From IMG/VR virus record IMGVR_UViG_3300032030_000073, positions 4,086 to 68,085 of that record: a stretch of DNA of 64,000 nucleotides; one strand, written 5' to 3'. Under the pieces are notes generated by a model that searched no databases, had not been told where the DNA came from, and was given only the letters and a program-made list of their open reading frames with translations. This stretch comes from a virus. Taxonomy: Duplodnaviria > Caudoviricetes. The position numbers were made by a program, and so were the translations under genes. The stretch's first letter is position 1; every line of letters starts with the position of its first letter. Below are positions 32,954 to 43,500 of the stretch, one piece after another.

Positions 32954-34131
32954 GCCTCGCCCTCCGCGCGCAGCTCCACGCCGTTGTAGTTCCGCGCGCG
33001 CACGTCGTCCGTGTTGCCGACTATCGCCGTCAGCGCGTTCGCGTCGTGGTGAACGGCCTCGAACATCGTGATGAACGTATGACGCCCCGCGTTCTTCGTC
33101 AGCTTCGCCTTCGCCGCCGACGCCGCGTCAACGAGGTGCCGGCGGAACTGCTTGTTCCTCGTGGTGGCTCCGTCCATGAAGTCGAACGCGCGCATCCACG
33201 CGACGGCCTGCTCGGGGATGGTGAACGCCCTCGGCTTGATCCCCTTGCTGACGCCCTTCGGGATTCCAACGCGGATCGTGCGTTCGTCTATGCTTATCCT
33301 GATTGCGTGCTCGCCGAGTGGAGCGCGGTCGATTTCGCTCTGGCGCATCCCGCAGAAGAACGACAGGATGGCGCATGCGAGGTCCGCGCGTCCGCACGGA
33401 GAGTCGCGCCTGTTCCAAAGCTCGCCGAACAGCTTCTTCACGTCCTCCGCCTTCATGTACTCCGGCTGCCGGTACGGAATGACAATCTTCTTCATCCCGT
33501 CCAGCGGGTTCTCGCGAAGGTACTTCTGCTCGACGTTCGCGCACCACGAGACGAACGCTTTGATGTTGCCGAGGTGGTTGTTGTACGTCACCCACGAGCC
33601 GATGTCGCCCTGCCTGTAGAAGCCGTCCACAAGGTACTTCTTGACTTCCGGCGCGTTGATGTCGGACACGGGCCTCGCCTCTCCGAACGCGCTCACGAAC
33701 GCTCCAACGCGCAGGCGCACGTCCTTCTTGTACGGCTCGCTCTTGTCCTGCACGGCCTTCGCGTAGCCGGCATACGCCTCGCCAATCGTGACGGACGGCG
33801 TCTCCTCCCTTTCAGGCTCGCCCGCGAGCACGATCTTCGCGCACTCCACGAGCGTCATGCTACGCCCGCTCTGCGCGATCATGTCAATAGCCTGCTTGGC
33901 GTCCATCGCCTGGTATCGCGTCAGCACGGCCCCGGCCTCGCCGCTCTGGTCAAGCGTCTTGTAGAACTCGGCTATCTTCTGCTTCAGCCTCTTCTCGTTC
34001 GTCGCGGACTTGCGCACCGGCTTGCCCGTGAAAGGGTCTGTTCCGAAATACGCCTCGTAGATGGCGTACCCACCCTTCTGGACCCTCGCCTTGACCGTGG
34101 CAAGAGCCTCGTTTTTCGGCAAAAAACTCAT
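32923..34131 (-). CDS. int: Tyrosine integrase
   Basis: FFCGMRQSE (R), K in the beta hairpin, KNAGRHTF (His-to-Asn variant of HxxR), RNY (Tyr); N-terminal arm and core-binding regions; adjacent attP. Confidence 0.9.
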   Translation of the reverse strand: MSFLPKNEALATVKARVQKGGYAIYEAYFGTDPFTGKPVRKSATNEKRLKQKIAEFYKTLDQSGEAGAVLTRYQAMDAKQAIDMIAQSGRSMTLVECAKIVLAGEPEREETPSVTIGEAYAGYAKAVQDKSEPYKKDVRLRVGAFVSAFGEARPVSDINAPEVKKYLVDGFYRQGDIGSWVTYNNHLGNIKAFVSWCANVEQKYLRENPLDGMKKIVIPYRQPEYMKAEDVKKLFGELWNRRDSPCGRADLACAILSFFCGMRQSEIDRAPLGEHAIRISIDERTIRVGIPKGVSKGIKPRAFTIPEQAVAWMRAFDFMDGATTRNKQFRRHLVDAASAAKAKLTKNAGRHTFITMFEAVHHDANALTAIVGNTDDVRARNYNGVELRAEGEAYFAILPPKA

Positions 34132-34229
34132 TTTCAACTCCTGTTTTTTGCACCGATTCCTTTGCGAAAAACTTACGAGAAACCGAAGTTTACTCGCAAG
34201 AAACCTAATGCTTGTTTTTCATGCCGCAT

Positions 34230-34258
34230 AGTGTATCATGGTTTTTTCGCGTTGTCAA
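34230..34258 (-). promoter_or_regulatory. Sigma70-type promoter of int
   Basis: Minus strand TTGACA-17 nt-TACACT. Confidence 0.8.
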
Positions 34259-34286
34259 GCGGAGGTTTTTATTTTGCGAGTGTGGC

Positions 34287-34312
34287 GGGTTCAAATCCCT
34301 CCGCTCCGACCA
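34287..34312 (+). other. attP core: 3' end of a tRNA-Pro gene
   Basis: GGG-TTCAAAT-CCCTC-CGCTCCG-A-CCA = T arm, acceptor strand ending in G72, discriminator A73 and CCA; no 5' half present. Confidence 0.85.
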
Positions 34313-34533
34313 ATCCCACAGTTTTGAGAACAAGCCGAATTGTCTGCAATACCCGTGAAATATGGGCAAATTCACCCTCTTTAGGTTTTTGGGCGTTGTT
34401 GGCGGAGGGTTGCCAATATGTGCGAAACGGGATATTTTTCTTGCGAGTTTCTTGCGAGAAAATGCGGATGGTGGAGTACCCTCAGTCGCGAGCGAGGGTC
34501 AAACCGTCTCTTTTGCGAGTTTTTTTCGAGTGG

Positions 34534-37500
34534 TCACTTCCGGCGCGAACGGCGAATCTTGTCCAGCAGGATCGACTTCTGCCGTTCGATCTCGTTTGTC
34601 AGCGATGCCGTTGGCGTGCCGCCCTTCTTCTCGATGTCCTTCGCCTTGCGCTCAAGCCGGTTGACGGCCTTGATGCGCGCGTCGATGTCGCCGCGCACGG
34701 AATCGGCCATGAGCGGGCTTTCAGACTTCATGCCGTCAAGCAGCTCCTTCCTTTCAGACTGCGTGAGTTCCGCGTCCTTGCTGATGGCGTCGTATGCCCT
34801 CTTTTCTTCCAAGAAGCGGTTGACGGCGTTGTCGTAGGGCTTTCGGTCGTATGTCGAGCCTCCAGCGCCGAGAATCGACAGCGGAACCGTGACAAGCGAT
34901 TTGCCGACGCCGTTCTGCACGATCTGGTCCTTCACGTCATCGAACGTTAGCGGGACGAGCATTTCCCAAACCATATTGCCGACGCCGTACTCTTCGCCCA
35001 CGTAGTCCTTGCCTTCCCAGAGAGCGACAATGGTAGACGCCGACGGGGACAGCTTGCCTTGCAGATAGCGCCCGATCGCACCCATGGTCGTCGGACCGTT
35101 GAAGTCTCCAAACTTCATCACGCGTCCCGTGCTAGAGCGCTTGGACTTCGTTGCCAGCTGATGCACAAGCCTGTTGAACGTCGATTCGCCGCCCGTAAGG
35201 TCTATCGTAGTGTTGCCGATCTTCGGAGAGGCTATCATCATCATCTTCTCGAACCAGTCGGCCTGCGAGAAGTCGTACTTGTCGTCGTCGTCCGAAAACA
35301 GCCATTTGAGGAGCGAGCCGATGGCAAGCATCGCGACGGTCGATCTCAGATGCTCGCGAAGACCGATCTTCGCCGCCGTCTTGCGCTCGTCGTTCGACAC
35401 CTTATCGAACGAACCGTCGGCGTTCTTTATCCCCTTCGCGACGAGCGGATGCCAAATGTCGTATCCGACGGCGGACTGGACGCGGGAAATGGCGAGCTGC
35501 GGCGCCCAGAAGATGTCGTTCACCCACGCCTTCTGCAACGCCTGGCGGCGCTCCTTCGAGAGCGCGGCGGAGCCGTTCCAGATGTTGATCATGTCGGCTA
35601 TCATCTTCTTCTGCCACGGCGTCGCGCCACCTGGAATGCCGTTTACGATGGACGTGTAGAGGTCTGCGGACATGGCGTTGAGGTACGTCAGGTAGTGACG
35701 TTCGCTCTTCAGCATGAACTCGCCGAAGAGCGGGATGTCCGTGATGGCGTACTCCTTGCCGAAAATCTTCACTTTGTTGCGCTCCATGCCGTGGAACATC
35801 TCGACGTCGCGGTCGCTCTGCGCGTCCACTTCGCGGAGGTGAAGTCCGAACTTCTTGACGGCCTCCTGTACGGTCGGGTCGGACAGAATCTCCGTGTTCA
35901 CGTCAAGTAGGCTCGCCTCGGAGCGCGCCGCCGTCCACGCCTTGCCGAACGACCGCGCCGCCTTGACGGGATGTCCGAGCGTCATGCGCGCGGCCTGCCG
36001 AAGGACGGCGGAGAAGTCCATCGTGGCACGAAGCGCGCGCTGGGCGGTCGTGACGAAGCGCAGGAAGTTGACGCCCTTGCGGACGAACGTCGGCACGGTG
36101 GCGTTCTCCGCCTCAAGGCGAAGTTCCGCCAGCTTCTGCCGTCCGCGCTTCATCTGCTCGCCAAGCTCGTCGTACCGCTTCTGCTGGTCTTTCGTCATAG
36201 GCGGCTGCGGCTTCTTCTGCGGACGAATGTCGCCCGTCGCGATGCGTTCCGCGAGACGCGCCAGGGCCTTTTCGCGGCTTGCCATCTTCCGGGCGTTCAG
36301 CGCCTCGATCTCCTCCGGCGTCATGCCGAACGCGTACTTAGCGTTCTTCAGTTCGCGGATGGATTCGCGCACCTGCCTGATGCGGTCGCGCAGCGTCTCT
36401 ATCGTCTCCGAGGTGACGCCCGGACGCTGCGGACGCTTCGAGAAGTCGCCGGACTGCGCACGGGCGAAGTCCTCCATCGCGCGTTCGAGCTCTTTTGCGA
36501 GGAGTTTTTCCGTGAGCGCGATGCGCTGCGCGTCGGTCATCTCGCGCGTCGTTCCGAAAAGTTCGTCGTACTGCTTCTGCAACTCGTCCTTCTCCGCGCG
36601 GAGTTCGCGGACTCGGATGTCGTCAACCACCTTCCGCTTCGGGACTGGTATGCGCTCGCCGGTCTCAATGGCGCGTTTCAGATCAGCGATCCTGTTTTCA
36701 AGGTTCCGTTTTATCGTGTCGAGCGTGCTTTTCAGCCGCCGCTCGTCACGTCCGGCGTCGGGGACTTCCGCCTTTCGGTCGCGCACCCTCTTCGCCCACT
36801 CGCGCTCGTCCTGCGTGGGCTCGTCGCGGATGGGGCCGGTCGCGGGCGGCATCGTGTTCGTCTCGTCCATCCAGTCGATCTGACGCTTCGACCTCGAAAT
36901 GTTGCGGAGGCTGTTCATCAGCCGCTGCGCGTCATAGCGGGACTGCTTGTAGTTGTGCCCGAAGCCCGTCAGCGCGTCACGCACCTGGTTCGCGTCCACG
37001 CCGTCCATGAACGGCGAGATGTCCCGGACAATCGCGTCTATCACCTCTTCCTCGGTGATCTCCGGGTTGAGGAAGCAGTGGTACTCGCCGATCTGGCGGA
37101 GCCACTTGCCCCACGACGGGTACTGCTGGTCGGAAAGCCCGATGAGCGTGCCGCCCGTCTCGGCCGCGCCGACCTCGATCTGCGTGAGCGCGTCCTGGTA
37201 GTTCTGCGCGACCTTGCGCGCCACGTCGCCCACCTTGCGCTCCGTGGCCTTGCGCACCTTCAAGCCGTTCTTCGTCTGGTCGATGACCTTCTTGGAGAGC
37301 GGGATAAGCCGTTCCGTCGCAAGGCGCAGACCTTCCTCGTCAAGCCCCTCGAAGAGCTTTGCGAGGTCGCGTATCCGCGCGTTCATTTCTGGCGTAATCT
37401 TGTCAATGCCGCCAAGGGTCTGCGCGATCCTGCCCGCGATTCCCGCATACGAATAGTCGTGCGCGGCGATGAGCGCGCGGTTCGAGCGCAGCGCGCGGCC

Positions 37501-40500
37501 CTGCTCGGACGCGCCCATCATCGCCGCCTTGCCGGCCTCCGCCATCTGCGCCTTGGCCTGCGCCAGCTTCGCCGACACCTGCCTCAGCTCGTCCCGCAGC
37601 TCCGGCGTCTTGTTCATGTCGTCCTCCGGGATCGCCGCAAGTTCGGCGCGGCGTCTCTCCAGGTCGTTCACGGCGGCCTGCCGCTGGCGGAACAGCACAT
37701 TCAGCGCGACGTTCTCGTAGTCGCGCGTCGGGCGCGGGAACTTCGCCACGGCGCGGGAGAGCTTCGCCATGTACGTGGGGTTGGAGAGCAACGTCTCCAC
37801 CTGCCTCCACATGTCCGCGTCCGTCTTCCTGACGTGCGCGGGTGGCTCCATGCCCGCCGCCTTCAGCGCGGTGGCGATCTCGTCGTTCGTCATGCCGTAC
37901 ACCTCGCGCATGATCTTCTCGGTGGGCGTCTTGTCCTCGCTTGCGGCATACTCCGCCTCGGCGGGCGTAAGCTCCGGCGTGTCGAAGCTGACAAGAGATT
38001 CGCCGAATGGGCCGCGAGGGTCTTCAATGTCGCGTTCGATAGCTTTGTACGCATCGTTTATCTTCTGCGCGACGCGATTAAGCCGTTCAAGGTCTTCTCC
38101 CTTAAAGTTGCCCGACTCTACAAGGTTCTTCAACGCCTCCGCGAACGGCCCGGCCTCTCCTGGGCCGATCGCATACGGATCGAAGTGCATGGAAATGCTG
38201 GCTTCGCCGGATTCGATGGAGTCGAGGATTTCCAGCAGGTCGCCGTTTGTGTACCAGTCAATTTCCTCACGGTCCTCACCAATTCCGTTCCGTTTAAGTT
38301 CTTTCAGCTGGTCGCGCAGTTCCTTCGCGTCCTCGCGATAATACGTCTCTCGTTTTTTGTAATAGTCCACATTGAGCGGATCTTCTTCGGCTAATCTTTT
38401 TTGCTCCCTCGCCTTTGCGTTATCCTCATTGATGCGCCGCTTGAGGTCACGCGCCTCAGATTCCGACGGCGTGTCGTCGGCACCCGCTTTGATATTCCGC
38501 TTCGCAGTCTTGCGCAGGGCGGCGATGTCGTTCAGCATTTGTTCATCATGCGTGGAAATCCACCACAGAGAATGGTCAAGGCGTTCTGGAACCGACGAAT
38601 AATCGGCGCTTAGTTCCGGCGTGTCGAATTGCAGGACGCCGTCGGTCCACTTGTGGTCCACGCGGATGTGCTCGTCCGAGAACGCGACGTAGTTCCACCC
38701 CGCCTTGTCGCCGTCCTTAAGAGTTTTGCCATACGAGTCGACCGGGTACTTCACACCGTCGATGCCGGCTCGCGCAAGGAACTCGGAAGCGGCTTTGGGT
38801 CTATTTGACGTTCTCGGGAAGAACTGGCATGTCAATTTGTATAGGTCTTCGCCTGTCTTGACATTGATGTTTATGTAGCCACCGTTCAACGTAACCGGCT
38901 GATAATAATGTCCGGTTCCATCGTCCGCCCACAGAAGAATCTTACCGTCTTCGTCCGTCCTTCCATATTCATCTTCACGTATTACCCCCTCTTCTTTGGC
39001 TTTGTCTATGATACGATTCACAAGTTCTTGCTCTACCGGCTCGTACCACTTCAAGAGGTGGCTCTCGTCGCCCGGCGCCCGGTTCGTGAAGAACGTTTGC
39101 TCGTAGAGGTGATTGTTTGTACCATACCCTTTAGGGATTATCGCATCATGCCAAGTCGACTTCTCAAGAATGTCTTTAACAACTTCCAAGCCTTCGGCAA
39201 ACTTGTCGTGAGCAAGGCTTTTATGCTTATCAATGGCTTCGGAGACTTCTTCGATAGCCTTTTGTCTTGATGTCTGATTCCACCCGTGCTTTCTCAACTT
39301 CTCACGTGCAGAATCAATCGCCCATTTGGGAAATCCATTTTCGGGCATATCATAACCAGGGTCTTGGGCCAATCCAGATTTGCGAAGACTATCATCATGC
39401 GCATACCCCTCCGCGACGCCGCGCTCTGTGCTCCCGTAGAGCCCCCAGCCGTAGACCTGGCTGCCCTCGCCCGTGCCGATGTACTTAACGCTCGGCCCGT
39501 CGTCCACGCCGCCCTGGCGCGAGCGGTTCGCGTAGTCCGCCGCCGTGCCGGTGTAGATGCCGGGCGTGTCGAAGTCCACGCCGCCCTGCAACGCCCGGAC
39601 GCGCTCCGCGAACTGCGCCTTGAGTTCGGCGCGCTCCGCGTCCGTCTTCGCCGCCCTGTACGCCGCGTCGATGCGCTGGAGGGCGGGGTCGCTGCGCATG
39701 GCCTCCCTTGTCTGCTCCGCCACTCCGCGCCGATATGCGTTGCGCTCCTCTCCCGTGAGCGTGTCCTTCATGCCCGTGGCGGAAATGTCGCCCATCGGCA
39801 CGGTGCGCGTCTCGACCTTCTCCGGCGCGTAGCGGTTCGCGCCCGGCGTGCGCACCTGCACGTCCGCCGTGCCGTCTGCGTTCGCCTTCAGGAACGTGAC
39901 GCGCTGGCCGTCCTTCGCGCCCTTCAGGAACACGCGGTCGCCGCGCTTGAACGCGGGCTTTTGGGGTTTTTCGCCCGTAAAAACGGGCGACACTGGACGC
40001 GTCGCCGTAGGTTTTGCGGCTGGCGCGGCGTTTTCCGCCGACTCCCCACCCTGTGGCGCGCTTGCGGGCGCTTCGTCCCACGAATCGTCGTACTCGCCGA
40101 TCTCGTCAAAAGCCTGATTGGTGGCGCGCCTGACGGCCTCCTCGTATGCCGCGACCTCGCGCTGACGTTGACGGGCAATCTCGCTTCCGTTCGCGTAGTA
40201 TTTCCCAGTCTTGGGGTTTATCACCGAGTGGAACGGCGCTTTCTTCTTGAGTTCGTCGGCGATCTTCTTTGCCTCGGCCATCTTGGCTTCCCAGTCGGCC
40301 TTTGAAGTCGCCTTCGTGAATGTCTTTGGGAACTTCACGTCCGGCAGTTCGACTTCGTACTCCCTGCCGTTCTGGACGATTCGTACAGATTCGCCGTCTC
40401 GCGTCGTTTTCACCACCTGTGGCGCGTCCGCGCTCTTCGGTGGCGTAGTCGTGCCATCCGCGCGCGGCGCGCTTGCAAGGGCGGCTTTGGCGGGTTTCCG

Positions 40501-43500
40501 CGCCGCCTGCTTGCGCTGCCATTCCGCGAAACGCCCGTCGGTGTCCTTCATCTTGTACTTTTCAAGCCACGCAAGGTATTCTGCGGGGCGTTCCGCAGCC
40601 TTCTCCTTCGCGGCGGGCGCGGTCGCTTCACTCTCCGCGATAGGCGAGAAAAGGTCCTGCTGGCCGGTCTGGCCCAGGTCCATCTCCGGCTGCACGTTCA
40701 CCGCGCCGCTGCCCTTCAAGGGCGCTTCCTGGCGCTTCTTGATCTCCGCCTTTTCGCGGCGCTTCTTCTCCTCGGCGGTTATCTGCTCTGCCGTGACACT
40801 TTCGAGCGAGAGTTGCGGCGCGATGCCGAGGTCCGCGTCCATCTGCGCCTTGTCCGCGTCGTCCAGGCGGATCGCGTTCTCCCAGTAGTTCGCCCTCTCC
40901 ACCGCCTTGTCGCGCGCGGCGGCGAGCTGCGCCTTGTCCTTCGGATCGGATATGCCAAGCTCCTTCGCATAGTCCTTGTTGAGGTCGAGACGTCCGCCCT
41001 TGCGCATGGCCGTGCGCAGGTTCTCCGCGATGCGCTTGTACTCGTTCGCCTTCTTCGCGCGGTAGTCGGCGCGCTTCTCCTCCTGCTGGAGCAGAGCAAC
41101 ATCCTCCTCGCTCGTGAAGAGGTCGAGCTGCGTACCGCTGTCGGCCTTCGGCGCGTTCTTGCGGTTCTTCGCCTCCTCTGCGAGCGAACGCGCGAGGATC
41201 GCTAGCTTCTTCCCGCGAACGCCGTCAAGCGCGCGGCGCACGAGGATGCGCTGGAGCGCGGCCTGTTTCGGCGCGGCGTCCGCGATGATTGCGGCCTGCT
41301 CGGCGGAGATCAGTCCGTCTCCGCCTGTTCCTTCCCAGTCGATTGCGCCTCGCGTATCGTCTGTCGCATTTTGGACAATGCCGAACGCCATGCGGCCTTT
41401 CTGCCTGTTGAGGATGCCGGAGGATTTTGCGTCCTCCTCGCTGAATCCCGATTCCTCGAAGAATCTAACATAGTCTTTCACCGTTCCTTTCTCGTCGAGA
41501 ATGTTCGCAACCGCGTCGTAGAGACGCATGTCCTCCGGCGTGTAGCCGTCGGCCTCGCGGAATATGCGCGCGTCGATGTCCTTCCAGCCGGAGCGTTTCG
41601 CCGCGTCCAGCCTGTGGCGGCCCGTCACGATTTCCATTGTGCCGTCCTTGCGCTCGTAGATCGCGATGGGGTTCTCGGCGTTCTCGTAGTATTCGCCAAG
41701 CTCCTGCCCCTTCACGACGCCCGTCTTCGGGTCGGCGTTCTCCTTGAACTGGGTGTCGGGAATCTTGATTCCGTCAACCGGCACGCGACGGCGCTCGCCC
41801 TTGCGGTGCATGACGTTCCAGAAGCTGCTCTCGCTCATGGGCTGCCGCCCCGCATCCCCGCCGATGGTATCGGCGGGCGCAGGACGCTCGGCGGTGTTCA
41901 AATTTTGACCGCCGTTGTCAGATTTTGACGGCTCTACCACTCCCGCATCTGGCGCTTGCGCTCCCGGCTCCGCTCCCGCTTCGGGTTGCGGCGCTTCTTG
42001 CCCCCGCTCTTCGCCCTGTTCGGGCTGCGGCTGTGCTTCATCGGTTCCATTCCTTGCTTCATCCGTTACTCCTTCTTCGTATCTCACTCCGCTGTCACCC
42101 GGCAGCGTTTCAAGCTCGTTCTCGCCCTGCGCGCCCTGTTTCTCCGCCTCGGCGAGCATCACCTCAAGGTCGGACTGGTCTATCGGCACGTTCTCGCCCG
42201 CGTCGCGGCGGCGCTGGTTCAGCTCGTGCTTCCGCTTCTCGTACCACGTCGGCTGGTGGAGCCGTCCCTGCGCGTAACGCGCCATGGCCTCGCGCGCGTA
42301 CTCGTCCATGGACATCGCGGCGGCGACCTGCATCCTCGCCGTGTCCTCGTCCATGCCGGCCGCAACGAATCTCTGCACGGCCCTCTCCTGCTCCGCGAGA
42401 ACGAACTTGCTGAAACCTTCCGCCTGCGCGTTCTGGATGAACTCAACCGTGTTCGCGCCGCGCCCCGTGGCGCTCTCCACGCCCTCGTGGCCCGTCGCCT
42501 CGTGCGCAAGCACGCGCTCCATTTCAGCAGGAGACGGCACGTTGTCGAGGATCACCACGATATGCCCGTCTGGCGTGTGGAAGCCGCCCGCGCCGGGCTG
42601 CTTGAGGCTTCCGTCTGCCTTGAAGAGCTGGTCGGCGCGCGTGATGCCGTAGATGTTTCCGCCGTCGTTGATTGCCTGCGCAACCTGCCAGCGCAGCGCG
42701 GCCTCTGACGGGATGGAAACGACGTTTCGCCCAGCATACTGGCGCTGTACGAGCCCCGTGAGATACTGCGCCTTCTGCGCGTTGTCCGCGTCCATCGACT
42801 GGTTGCGCACGACTTCCTCGTCTGCCTTTTTCTGCGCCTCCTCGAACGAGTACGCGGGAACGGCGTCAAGTCCCCGGAAGTCGTTCATCACGTAGAACGT
42901 GCCGTCGCCCTGGTCCACGATCGTCACGCCGTGCGCGGCGTCGGTCATCGCGTTCATCGGCGCCTGCTTGCCGTCTGGCGTGAAGCGCATCATCTGCTGG
43001 AACACCGGCTTGCCATCCTCTCCGGTCTGTATCGTGAACCTCTCTGGCGCGATACCGCGCTGTTCAAGCGACTGGCGCATCTTCAACCCGTCGCGCGCCG
43101 TCAACTCGTCAACAGCGGCCCTCATCGAATAACCGAGGTTCTTCACTTCTTCCTTCAGCTTGTCCGGGTCGGCGGAATACTGTTGCCACATCTCAGTCAG
43201 TTTTTGCTGCTGCTCCGGCGTGAGCGTGGAGATCGTCTCGTCTGAAATGCCGGAGCGCTTCAGCGCCATGCGGATGTCGCGGCGGGCGTCCGCGGACGAT
43301 ATGTGCTGCGCGACACCCTCGCTCGTGCTCTTCACCGCGCCGATCGCAAGCTGGGCTACGAGCCCGTAGAAGATGTCCCACTGCGTCTGCCAGTTGAGCT
43401 GGTTGTCCTTGAAGTCCTGCCATTCCTGCGCAAGCCCCTTGTATTCAGAAGACTTCCCGTCAAGGCCAATCACCTTCTCGAACGCCTGCACGTTCTCTTC

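Larger units (their letters stand above)
34172..34520. repeat. Integrase arm-type binding sites around attP
   Basis: TTTCTTGCGAG at 34437-34447 and 34448-34458, inverted at 34193-34203; partial TTTTGCGAGT at 34272 and 34511; CTTACGAGAAA at 34172. Confidence 0.75.

Noticed and set aside
34281-34312. Complete tRNA gene
   Set aside because: Only the T loop, acceptor 3' strand and CCA are present; no D or anticodon arms upstream, so it is an att core
33046-34950. 634-aa plus-strand ORF spanning attP
   Set aside because: Antisense to the integrase and the giant gene and reads through promoter and att sites; no plausible protein features
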